DNA from: a virus
Taxonomy: Duplodnaviria > Caudoviricetes
DNA: 64,000 nt
Virus record (IMG/VR): IMGVR_UViG_3300032373_000001
Direction: 5' to 3' (one strand)
The stretch's first letter is position 1. Every line of letters starts with the position of its first letter. This document shows positions 54,493-63,559 of the stretch, piece after piece. The notes under the pieces are model-generated. The model did not search any database. It saw nothing but the letters and a program-made list of their open reading frames with translations, and was not told the origin of the DNA. Position numbers and translations under genes: made by a program.

Positions 54493-55296
54493 CCCCTGGT
54501 CGCTTACCGTAGAAGCGTCGTCACCCCCGACACTGCCGAAGCCATGCGCAAACTCGAACAAGCCTTACATCAGGTGGGCGGGGTGCGACTGGTATACAAG
54601 GGGGTCCGCAGGGAAGAGTCCTCCTGGGCGCACACCGAGGACTGGCCGGGGCCAACAGACCAAGCCCCCGACCGGAGCATGCGACCCACCGGAAGAGAAG
54701 TCTACCTCCAAGTGGTGTCGGAACACCTCAACAAGCAAGAGGCCCTGAACCTGCTGTGGGCCAAGGCGGTGCCCTTGGGCTTCATGCCCTGGAACCGCTA
54801 CCCCACGACAGGGCCTGGTGCGACCTGCTTCCACTACTTTGGGAAATGGAAGCAGATTTTGGAGTTCCTCCACGGCAACGGGGAAGGCGAACATGCTTGG
54901 TCCAGTGCCTGCTGCGCCGCCCAACTGGAGGTAGGAACCTGGGAAGGCGACCGGCCAGTGGAGCGAGAAGTCCAAGCGCTCTTGACGCTGGTGGGGTTCC
55001 CCTGCGGTCCGATAGATGGAGTCATCGGACCCCGCACGGCCACCTCCTTGAAGGCGATGGGCCTCCTCGGCAAGACCATGGTCGAATGCCTTCCCGCGCT
55101 ACGCTCTTTGCAAGGAGCCCTCGCCCGCTCTAAAGAAAACCGCCCCGCCAAGAAACGGCAATTCTTCCTGAGCGTTCCTCCGGGCGCACTGGTCCAAGCG
55201 TACACGAGCGGAGGAGTGGTGGCGACACAGACTCCCGCTGGATACGCAATCACCCACACTGAGTCAGGGAAGTTGATTCTGCTATTCGGAGACTGA
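54490..55296 (+). CDS. Peptidoglycan-binding-domain protein with M15-peptidase-like N-terminal region (start revised to ATG 54490)
   Basis: VQALLTLVGFPCGPIDGVIGPRT (PG_binding_1); APDRSMRPTGREVYL aligns to M15 SxH-x6-D motif without the ligands. Confidence 0.65.
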   Translation: MPLVAYRRSVVTPDTAEAMRKLEQALHQVGGVRLVYKGVRREESSWAHTEDWPGPTDQAPDRSMRPTGREVYLQVVSEHLNKQEALNLLWAKAVPLGFMPWNRYPTTGPGATCFHYFGKWKQILEFLHGNGEGEHAWSSACCAAQLEVGTWEGDRPVEREVQALLTLVGFPCGPIDGVIGPRTATSLKAMGLLGKTMVECLPALRSLQGALARSKENRPAKKRQFFLSVPPGALVQAYTSGGVVATQTPAGYAITHTESGKLILLFGD

Positions 55297-55297
55297 C

Positions 55298-55900
55298 ATG
55301 GACCATTCCGAGCACGCATTGGCCTGTGCGATCTACGGGGACTGTATCTTCGAGGAGGTCCAGGAAGGTGTGAAGCTATTGGAGGCTGCCTGGAAGAAGG
55401 ACCTCCAGAAGTATCCGCAGGTCATCGTGCAGAGCACCAAGGGGCGGGGGTGGTTCTTCCCTCGCCAGGTGGTCACCTCCGACTGGCTCCGCTTCATGCT
55501 CTTCCAGCCGGGGAGGCTATGGCCGGTGAGGCTCAAGGGGAAGCAGCGAGAGATGCTCCAGCTCATGAAGGCGGCGTCAGGACTGGCCCCCCGCGTGCAT
55601 TCCACCCCCAATGGGGAGCTCTACAGTGAAGAGCAGACCCTACAGGCGATGGAGCAGCTGGCGGATACCTTCCAGAAGCAAGTGGCCGCGCCCATGTGGC
55701 AGAGCTATGAGCGGGTGAGTCGCACCATGGGCCAGAAGCTCCTGCCCCTGTGCGAAGACCGCTATGGGTCCTGCACCCGCGAGGAAGCCGTGGGGATCTT
55801 CCAGGGGGACCTGGAGCGAGGGCTCCGGATGAACACCTTGGAAGTCAGCCCTCAAATGCTTCAGGTGCTTCCTAAGTTCTTGGAGTGGATTTCGGCTTGA
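55298..55900 (+). CDS. Hypothetical protein
   Basis: GGAG SD; tiling. Confidence 0.7.
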   Translation: MDHSEHALACAIYGDCIFEEVQEGVKLLEAAWKKDLQKYPQVIVQSTKGRGWFFPRQVVTSDWLRFMLFQPGRLWPVRLKGKQREMLQLMKAASGLAPRVHSTPNGELYSEEQTLQAMEQLADTFQKQVAAPMWQSYERVSRTMGQKLLPLCEDRYGSCTREEAVGIFQGDLERGLRMNTLEVSPQMLQVLPKFLEWISA

Positions 55901-55943
55901 TCAGCGCGCGACGGTAATTAGTCTACACAACACCGGAGCCCGC

Positions 55944-57551
55944 ATGGACCTGTTGGCGAAGCTGCGCCTCGTCAGGGAAAAGGAAGACATCCAGCTTCCT
56001 GAGACCCCTTACTTCCGCAAGACCTACACCCACCGCAGCGGGGAAGAGCGACCCCTTAGCTTACGCAGCTACCAAGCCCAGATGGTCGTCAACCTCCTGG
56101 CCATGAAGCGGTTCGTGGTGGGTGACGACACCGGATTGGGCAAGACTATCGAGACGATTGGGGCCTTGTGTCAGGTCTGGGCAAAGCAGCCCACCAAGAA
56201 AGCCATCGTCGTCACCAAGAAATCTTCGATGACTCCGGGGTGGGAAATCGAGGGGTTCGGAGCCTTCACGCAGGGCGTGAAGGTCTTGATGGCATTGGGT
56301 TCCCCCAAGAAGCGTCAAAAGGCGCGCCAAGAGTGGCTGGACCACGACGGGCCGGTGGTCATCATCTACAGCTATGGGGCTTGGGCCAACGACTTCAGCG
56401 AGACGATGGGATGGGAAGACTACATCATCATCTTCGATGAAGCCACCGTGTTCAAGAACCCCAAGACCCGCATCCACAAGGTCTGCAAGCACTCCTCAGC
56501 CCAAGCAGATCGGTGCTGGTCACTGACTGCTACGCTCATCAAGAACAACCTCATGGAGGGCTACGGCATCTACCGGGTGACGGTGCCGGGGCTGTTCAAC
56601 ATGAACGAAGCCACCTTCATGCAGAGCTACTCGCTCATCGAGATGAAGCGGGTGGGCAGGAACCGGCGAGTGCCGACCATCGTCGGCTACCACAAACGTC
56701 ACATCGAGATGTTCCGCCAACAGATCGAGATGTACTACCTCGGACGCCCCAAGCACGCCGTGGCGGACGACCTCCCGATGCTGACCTCCAGGGACGTGAA
56801 GATCGGCCTCACCTCCTGGCAGAAAGAGAAGTACCAAGAAGCCCTGACGGGGCTCATGGAGCACGGGGACGGAGAGCTCCGCGACTTCACCGAAACCACC
56901 CAGCTCACCTCCCTGATCTACTGCCAGGAGATCGTCAACCATCCGGGGCTAATCGAGTATCCGGACTACAGGTCCACCAAGCTCGATGCCCTGACCGAGA
57001 TGCTGACCGACGGAGAGTTCGAAGGCGAGAAGGTGATCATCTTCACCCGGTTCAGCAAGATGGTCGGCATCGCCAAAGCCCACCTGGAGAAGAAGGGACT
57101 CACTTGCGTGGCTGTTACGGGCGGGGAGTCTTCGAAGCAACGCAAGAACGCGATGCTCAGCTTCCAGAACCCCAAAGACCCCACCAACGTCATCTTCATC
57201 ACCATGGCAGGCGGGGATGCGATCAACCTCCAGGCAGCGAAGGCGCTGATCTTCTTCGACACTCCCTGGTCGGCTGGCGACTACATCCAGATCCTGGGGC
57301 GGATGATCCGGATCGGGTCCGAGCACGACCGGGTGTATGCGATCCACCTGGTCTGCCTGGATACCATCGACGAACATGTCCAGGCAGTGGTCAAGAAGAA
57401 GATGGCCCTGATCCAGGCCGTGCTGGGCGAACGCGTCAAGGGTGAGAAGGGTGAAACCAAGGTCTTCCAGAACTCCTCGGATACGCAAGACCTCTTCGAT
57501 GCCCTCCAAGAAGATGCGCGCCGAACGAAGGGCGCTCCCCAGCCCGCTTGA
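55944..57551 (+). CDS. SNF2/SF2 helicase-like ATPase
   Basis: LRSYQ, DDTGLGKT, IFDEAT, LTATLIKN, KVIIFTRF, GGDAINLQ.A, QILGRMIRIG. Confidence 0.92.
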   Translation: MDLLAKLRLVREKEDIQLPETPYFRKTYTHRSGEERPLSLRSYQAQMVVNLLAMKRFVVGDDTGLGKTIETIGALCQVWAKQPTKKAIVVTKKSSMTPGWEIEGFGAFTQGVKVLMALGSPKKRQKARQEWLDHDGPVVIIYSYGAWANDFSETMGWEDYIIIFDEATVFKNPKTRIHKVCKHSSAQADRCWSLTATLIKNNLMEGYGIYRVTVPGLFNMNEATFMQSYSLIEMKRVGRNRRVPTIVGYHKRHIEMFRQQIEMYYLGRPKHAVADDLPMLTSRDVKIGLTSWQKEKYQEALTGLMEHGDGELRDFTETTQLTSLIYCQEIVNHPGLIEYPDYRSTKLDALTEMLTDGEFEGEKVIIFTRFSKMVGIAKAHLEKKGLTCVAVTGGESSKQRKNAMLSFQNPKDPTNVIFITMAGGDAINLQAAKALIFFDTPWSAGDYIQILGRMIRIGSEHDRVYAIHLVCLDTIDEHVQAVVKKKMALIQAVLGERVKGEKGETKVFQNSSDTQDLFDALQEDARRTKGAPQPA

Positions 57552-57600
57552 GAGTGCACTTCGGTGGTGGAATGGTCGGCCGCTGACGGCTTGGGCTACG

Positions 57601-57640
57601 CCGTATTAGGGGCTACGCCAAGAAGGGAGCCCCTAATATG
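57601..57640 (+). promoter_or_regulatory. CCGTAT element + 11-bp hairpin covering the start region
   Basis: CCG-TATTAGGGGCT-ACGCCAAGAAGGG-AGCCCCTAATA-TG; also direct repeat GGGCTACGCC at 57593 and 57610. Confidence 0.6.
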
Positions 57641-57805
57641 CAACGACCCACAACCAGCTGGACCTTCAACACCGGACCCGCACCCGAGGACCCGGCACAG
57701 CAGCGGATCGACGCCGTCTGCGCTCTGGTTCAGTCGGACCTGAAGAATGCTGGGATCGAAGATCCGGACGTCATCGCCGGGGTCCTGAGCGGGCTGAAAT
57801 TTTAA
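57638..57805 (+). CDS. Small hypothetical protein (55 aa, not in ORF track)
   Basis: MQRPTTSWTF...VLSGLKF*; TAATG coupling to next gene. Confidence 0.6.
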   Translation: MQRPTTSWTFNTGPAPEDPAQQRIDAVCALVQSDLKNAGIEDPDVIAGVLSGLKF

Positions 57806-58173
57806 TGCTGTACGGAAGCAGCTTCACAGGCCAGCTTGGAGGCTTGCCCGAGCGGACCTCCGAAGAGGTCTCGAGCGGGCAGCGAGTGGACGCGGTTCTC
57901 GATGCGTTCCACGACTCCGAGGCAGGGTCGTCCCTCTACAACTTCGGCAACTTCTTCCGGGCCTTCCTGCAAGAAGAGACCGCGAAGAACGGCCCTGTCG
58001 TCGACGGAGAAGGGCTGGCCGAGGTGCTCGGCATCACCCGCGCCTTCAACACGGCATGCAACTCGGTCGAGGGTCTGACCCAGACCGAGCGGCTTATGGC
58101 AATCAGCGCCCTGCTGAGAACGAACGTCCGGCAGTGTCACCGGGCCGTCGTCAAGGAAGGGTCCCAGGGCTGA
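57805..58173 (+). CDS. Hypothetical protein
   Basis: TAATG overlap; helical protein. Confidence 0.65.
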   Translation: MLYGSSFTGQLGGLPERTSEEVSSGQRVDAVLDAFHDSEAGSSLYNFGNFFRAFLQEETAKNGPVVDGEGLAEVLGITRAFNTACNSVEGLTQTERLMAISALLRTNVRQCHRAVVKEGSQG

Positions 58174-61100
58174 TCAGGCGCACGGATCCGGGTCGGACTC
58201 ATCGGCCGTCGGATCATACGGGGCCAGGGTCACATCCGGGCTTGACCCCTCCCGACTGCGCTGCGGGAAGAGGGGCTTGCCCTCCAGCCTGTAGCGATCC
58301 GAAGCCGCGAAGCCCTCCCCGTGTCCAGTCGGGGAGATCTGCCCGTCCAGGGCACACCCCTCGCCGCACTGCGGGCCGTGACCCACAACACCTTGAGTGA
58401 TGATGACCATCTGAACCTCGTCCCCGTAGGTGCGCTGCACGTTGCCGGAATAGGCCGTCTCGGGGAAGTTCCGCACCAGGAAGGCTCGTCCGGCCAACAC
58501 GGCCCCCTTCAGGACCGGCTCCGACCCCTCGTCAAACCCTCCAGCAGTCCAATCCAGCGGGCCCCCTGACGGAGTAGGCAGCAGGTCGTAGGCGCTACCT
58601 CCGCCCCGGTAGAGGCGGAAGCTCCTCACGCCGCTGGGGGTCGAGAGCGTGTAGGGGGTGTACTGGAGGATAGAACCATCGGCCATGCCGATCTCAGTCG
58701 AAGCCTGAATGCGCCCATACTCCAGAGTGCCGCTCAACGGGGAGACTTCCCGACCAGAGCCGCTGCCTCCAGAGTTCCAGACCTGGAGGAGGCTGGCCCC
58801 GTTGCGGAGGGCATCCTCGCCGATGAAGTCGGAGTCCTGGAGCAAGATGCCCAGCGGGAGCCTCTCGGTGAGGCCCGTGAGGCGCAAGGCCGTCTGAGCA
58901 TCCGAGTTGAGACTGCCGTTCATCTTCGGGACCGGGGCTTCCGTGACCAGAGCCGCATCCGTGATGGCATTCAGGAGGCTCTGGCCAGCGCGGGGAGTGA
59001 TGCTGAACCCGGCGACTGCCCGACTGCCCGCAGCGGGAGTGAGCCGAACCTTCGTGAGAGCCCCTTCCCCCCCGGGCAGGAGCGAGTACACTCGGACCGA
59101 GTTGTCTCCTGGCCACACCGCCCGCACTCGGCCCTGGTTGACGGCGATCACGGAGGCGTTGATCGCCGCTGCCAGCGAAGAGGCAACAGCAGAAGCGGAA
59201 CCTCCCGAGAAATCGGTGTTGCTGACGAGGGTTGCCGTCGCGGTCCCACGTTCGACCAGCACCGACTCCCCTGCGGAAGTCACCGAATCTTGGAGGACTC
59301 GAATCTCAGCCCAACCCTGAGATACAGAGTCCGGCAGCGGCTGGGTGAAGGTGCGGCCTTCCGTTTGCCAGACAGGGTCCGTGGTGGCCGCTGGAACACG
59401 GCTGGGAGCTGATCCCGCATTTGTGATGTGCCCGATGTCTGTCAGGGTGCCCGGGAACACCTTTCCGCCGATCTTGCCGGTGCCCAGAGTAGTGTAGAAG
59501 TCCATGCTGGCAAGGACCTCCAGGGTACGGGCATTGGGGATCTCAGGGACCTGCGCATAGTTGCTGGTGGAGTCGAACTGCTGGATGGGGGTTGCCAGTT
59601 GAGCTGACCCGCTGGAGGGGATCTGACCCAGGCGCGTCTCGTAGTCGCTGGTGGTCTTGGTAGTGCCGTCTCGCGTCATGTAGGGGTCACCCTGGTACAC
59701 GACCCGGTCGTAGGTCACATACAGCTGCTCGTTGAACGGCAGGGGGAGGGGGAGGATGCAAGAGACCTGCGTAGCCAGAGCAGTCACGCCCGTGCCGCTG
59801 CCACCATCAGGCAGGTCATTGCGGGCCAGGACGAAGTTGTTCTTGTTGATGAACCCGCGAGCGAATCCGAACACCACGCACTCAACGACAAACTCCACGT
59901 CGTCGAAGGTCTCCCCGGCGACGTACTGACCCGACCTGCGGACATCGATGATGTCTTGAGGGATCACATAGGTGTGATCGTCCTCATTGCCGGTGACATC
60001 ACTGGCCCCACCCTTGACGATGAACAGGCTCTGGAGATCGACATCTTCTCGGAGCAGGTTGGCAGGACGGCCCAAGGCAGTGCTCTTGGTCACCCGGTCA
60101 GAATCCCAAGCACCCAAGCCTGCGAACTCTCGCAGATCGTAGACTCCGTACAGACGGGCGATGCCCAAGAACGGGGGCAGCTGGACCCCCTTCAAGCCCT
60201 TCTGGGTGATGTCGCTGGAGTAGACCGTCACGTCCTCGTAGATGCGGCCCTGGTAGCCTGCCGAGCTGCCTCCCATGGAGTAGTATTCGCCGTAGTCCCG
60301 GCCCGAGGTTGCCCCCGTCTGGACGAAGAGGCTGACGACCCCCGACCCCGAGTCCACGCCACCGACCACCCGGAACACATCGTCCGAGTCCGTCTGGCTG
60401 TCGCCGAACATGTGGTTGATGCCCGGATAGACCGTCTGGGCAGTACCATCTGTCTGGTGGTAGGGGATGTCTTGACGCCCGAACTTGGGCATGTACTCCC
60501 ACGGGAAGGCGTAGGCATAGTCGGCCGTTGCCGGGAACAGGTTGCCGCCATCCACATCCCCAAGGAAAGGGCCGACCGAGTAGGTCGAGGGGAAGAAGCG
60601 GTTGGAGGCTCCTGCGGTGGCCTGGTACCGATTCAGGGTGAGGTCCACCCGCCGGTAGGGGCGGACCACCAAGGTCTTAGAGCCGGCATCAGTGAGGATA
60701 GGGGCTTCTCGGAGGACCTCCCCTCCCGGCCCGACACCATCGCCATAGGCGGGAGCCCGTGGAGCTCCCAGGCCCAAGGAGGGCAGGAGGTTCCAGTGCT
60801 GAACAGGTTGCAGGGGGAAGTAGGTCTCCCCATCAGGCACCCCAGCCTCAGAGTCAAAGTCAGGATCCAGGGCAGTGACCGCTTCCCGGACCAACTCCGC
60901 CGAATCCACGCCGACCATGGCGACCCGGTTGATCTGGCGACCGACGCGGGCAGTGCCGCCCCGACTGGGGCCGTATTGGATCAAGGTGCTGAGCACGGCC
61001 TGGGAAGTGGAAGGAGTGCTGATCAGACCATCCCACGGAGAAGATGCACCACCGGCAACGCTCTCGAGGTCCGTGAGAACCATGACTGCACTGGCCCCGA

Positions 61101-63540
61101 CCCCGGCCGAGTTGCCATCCTGGGTGTGGGTGTACTGGGAGCGGACCTCCGCAGTCAAGCCTGTGGTCGCGACCAACGCCGCGACTCCTTCTCCGACGCG
61201 CTCGACAACCAGGGCATCAGCCGTTGCCGCACTCTCGGTGGTGTAGCCTGCGGTGCCGGCACCGACCACCCGAAACACGCCAGCATTGGCAGCGTTGGTC
61301 CCATCCCCCGTCAGGACCAGGTAGAGCTCCGAGCTGGCTCCCGAACGGTCCTGCCCGCCTCTGGTGAGCATGTCGAACAGGTTCCGCGAACCGTACAAGA
61401 GCAAGTTGGTGATGCCGTCTGTGCTCAAGGAGTCCACGTCTCCGGAAGGGAACCAGTCCCCAGCCGCGTCGAAGTCCACCCCCGTGAACCGGACCTGACT
61501 CAGCCCCGAAGGGGCCGACCCAGCCGCAACCGTTGTGGCTGCCGTGGTTCGAAGATCCGCGTGGACCGTTCCGCCCAAGACGAGGAACGGGCGCTCGAAG
61601 TTGTACTCCGGGAGCGGGAACAGGGGTCCAGGGTGGGCAGTAGCGGACTCGTCCGCACCCACGGGGTCACCCCAGCCTTCTTGGATGAAGCGGAGCTGGA
61701 AGGAGGTCTGCGCACCCGAGACCCCGATCCCCGAGGTGGAGGCGATCTCGTCCCGCGTGAGCCAGTACTCCCTCGGAGTCAGGTAGCGGCACCACCTGTT
61801 GGAGGAGGTGTCTCGAACGGTAGCGCGCGCACCGCCATCAAGAGTGCTGCCGCCGATGTTGAGTTCGATGACGGTGCCGTTGGACCAGCCCCCACCGTCA
61901 CTTTGGAACCCGCTCGGGTCGAAATCAGCGGCTGGCCCCCAGCTCCCTGCGCCGGCAGTGAAGTCCGCCACAGCGGTGGGGGTCCCCCCGGAACCCGTCT
62001 CCGGGCTCAAGATCAGGGTCGCCAGCTCAACCGTAGCGGCATCGCTGAACACCGTTCGAATACCATCCGGACCATCCAGGGCCTCGGTCTGGTTGGGGAC
62101 GCTGAACGCCCCGTTGGCGTACAGGGTGTCAACCTCAAGGACGGTCGTCCCTTCGGTGTCAGTCCCTGCCCCTTGCTTGTAGGAGGAACGGAGCGTGTTG
62201 TTGAACAGCTTGCCGAGGTTGTGCGCCAGGAGAGCTTGGTAGTCCCAAGCCGGGGAGACGGCATGGCGAAGGTCCAGGACATCGTCGGCGTACACCTCAT
62301 CGGCGTACCGACCGTCTGGGCGGAAGTTGTAGAACTCCAGGCCAGTGCCGGCATCGTGCGGGGAAGCCTGGGTGCCTCCCCGGCCCCGGCCACCGCTGGC
62401 GCGGATGGTGATGGTGCCCGGAGTCACTGAAGTGTCAACGCTCTCGATGCGGATGATCTCGTCATCCAGCTTCAGGAAGACCGAGTCCCAGTTGAGGTCG
62501 GTGTTGTCGAAGCCGCTGCCCGAGAGGCCGTCGACCTGGATAGCGCCAGTCGCGGTCTCGTCGATCGCCGAGGTCAGTGTGAGGGTGCCGAAGGTACGGG
62601 TCGCCTCCACCGGATCGGTGATCGTGGCGCTGTTGGGGTTGCGGTCCAGCCCCCCCATCTGGTTGGCGTTGCCCGCTGAGGTCCGAGCGACGAAGCCTGC
62701 CGTGTTCCTGCGCCGAATCGCACAGACCGGGATGGCATAGACGTAGCCGTCGACCGTTCCGAGAGCGTTGGTGTAGTCCCCGTCGCCCGCACGCCAGAGC
62801 CCCGAGTCTCCCAACACCGAGCGCATGTTGGTGAAGGCGAACCCTGCCTGGGGAGAAGTAGCAGTCCCCTGAGCCAGGACGTTCGGGTCCCCCATGCCCT
62901 CAGTGTAGGTGCTGAAGTCGATCGAGGTCCCCAGACCGGAACCTGCACCCACGACCCTCAAACGGTACTGGACCTGAACCCGCTGGGTGGTCTGGAAGCC
63001 GATGGTGGGGTCGGTGATCTGATCGACGAGGTTGGTGCCCCCGAAGAGGACGTTGCCGTACTTGTAGAGAGTGCTCGCCGAGGGCTTGTTGACTGTCGAG
63101 GGGTTCGGAGCGACCTGCCCTCGCCACACTTCCAGGAACACGAAGTCCCAGCGGGTGTCGCTGGAGGGCGGTTGGAAGAGGTTGATGCGATTGGAGGTGT
63201 CGCCGTCTGCGACTTGGCTGCCCGTGACCGGGATCATCCACCCGTTGACCTGAGCCCACATCACAGGGGCCTCATCCGAAGAAGCCGGACGTCCCAACTT
63301 GAAGAAGTTGCTCCAAGCCGGGTCGAACTGGAAGTCCCGGTCCGAGTTGAAGGGGTCGATGACCCAGCCGGAGGGCATCTGACTCTTCAGCACCCCATCC
63401 TGCTTCTCTTGCCGGATCTGACCGCCCAGGTTGAGTTCGCTGTCCAGGGGCGGCTTGTCCTTCTGCCAGACCACCAGCTCGTACTGGTAGCCGTCGGCAG
63501 TGAGGGTGCGGCTTACACCGGTGCCAAAGTTCTCAGACAT
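58174..63540 (-). CDS. Large virion tail/baseplate protein with DUF4815-like N-terminus
   Basis: VVWQKDKPPLDSELNL, DFVFLEVW, QRVQVQYRLRVV; 1788 aa, G/S/T-rich, low Lys. Confidence 0.8.
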   Translation of the reverse strand: MSENFGTGVSRTLTADGYQYELVVWQKDKPPLDSELNLGGQIRQEKQDGVLKSQMPSGWVIDPFNSDRDFQFDPAWSNFFKLGRPASSDEAPVMWAQVNGWMIPVTGSQVADGDTSNRINLFQPPSSDTRWDFVFLEVWRGQVAPNPSTVNKPSASTLYKYGNVLFGGTNLVDQITDPTIGFQTTQRVQVQYRLRVVGAGSGLGTSIDFSTYTEGMGDPNVLAQGTATSPQAGFAFTNMRSVLGDSGLWRAGDGDYTNALGTVDGYVYAIPVCAIRRRNTAGFVARTSAGNANQMGGLDRNPNSATITDPVEATRTFGTLTLTSAIDETATGAIQVDGLSGSGFDNTDLNWDSVFLKLDDEIIRIESVDTSVTPGTITIRASGGRGRGGTQASPHDAGTGLEFYNFRPDGRYADEVYADDVLDLRHAVSPAWDYQALLAHNLGKLFNNTLRSSYKQGAGTDTEGTTVLEVDTLYANGAFSVPNQTEALDGPDGIRTVFSDAATVELATLILSPETGSGGTPTAVADFTAGAGSWGPAADFDPSGFQSDGGGWSNGTVIELNIGGSTLDGGARATVRDTSSNRWCRYLTPREYWLTRDEIASTSGIGVSGAQTSFQLRFIQEGWGDPVGADESATAHPGPLFPLPEYNFERPFLVLGGTVHADLRTTAATTVAAGSAPSGLSQVRFTGVDFDAAGDWFPSGDVDSLSTDGITNLLLYGSRNLFDMLTRGGQDRSGASSELYLVLTGDGTNAANAGVFRVVGAGTAGYTTESAATADALVVERVGEGVAALVATTGLTAEVRSQYTHTQDGNSAGVGASAVMVLTDLESVAGGASSPWDGLISTPSTSQAVLSTLIQYGPSRGGTARVGRQINRVAMVGVDSAELVREAVTALDPDFDSEAGVPDGETYFPLQPVQHWNLLPSLGLGAPRAPAYGDGVGPGGEVLREAPILTDAGSKTLVVRPYRRVDLTLNRYQATAGASNRFFPSTYSVGPFLGDVDGGNLFPATADYAYAFPWEYMPKFGRQDIPYHQTDGTAQTVYPGINHMFGDSQTDSDDVFRVVGGVDSGSGVVSLFVQTGATSGRDYGEYYSMGGSSAGYQGRIYEDVTVYSSDITQKGLKGVQLPPFLGIARLYGVYDLREFAGLGAWDSDRVTKSTALGRPANLLREDVDLQSLFIVKGGASDVTGNEDDHTYVIPQDIIDVRRSGQYVAGETFDDVEFVVECVVFGFARGFINKNNFVLARNDLPDGGSGTGVTALATQVSCILPLPLPFNEQLYVTYDRVVYQGDPYMTRDGTTKTTSDYETRLGQIPSSGSAQLATPIQQFDSTSNYAQVPEIPNARTLEVLASMDFYTTLGTGKIGGKVFPGTLTDIGHITNAGSAPSRVPAATTDPVWQTEGRTFTQPLPDSVSQGWAEIRVLQDSVTSAGESVLVERGTATATLVSNTDFSGGSASAVASSLAAAINASVIAVNQGRVRAVWPGDNSVRVYSLLPGGEGALTKVRLTPAAGSRAVAGFSITPRAGQSLLNAITDAALVTEAPVPKMNGSLNSDAQTALRLTGLTERLPLGILLQDSDFIGEDALRNGASLLQVWNSGGSGSGREVSPLSGTLEYGRIQASTEIGMADGSILQYTPYTLSTPSGVRSFRLYRGGGSAYDLLPTPSGGPLDWTAGGFDEGSEPVLKGAVLAGRAFLVRNFPETAYSGNVQRTYGDEVQMVIITQGVVGHGPQCGEGCALDGQISPTGHGEGFAASDRYRLEGKPLFPQRSREGSSPDVTLAPYDPTADESDPDPCA

Positions 63541-63559
63541 CTATCTCTCCGAAGAGGGC

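Noticed and set aside
41669-57551. Inteins or introns in PolA, DnaB or SNF2
   Set aside because: No C/S...HN-C/S/T splice junctions or LAGLIDADG blocks; protein lengths are accounted for by the catalytic motifs
57593-57619. Direct repeat GGGCTACGCC x2 as iteron/origin
   Set aside because: Only two copies, no AT-rich unwinding region nearby; more simply part of the local hairpin/regulatory element
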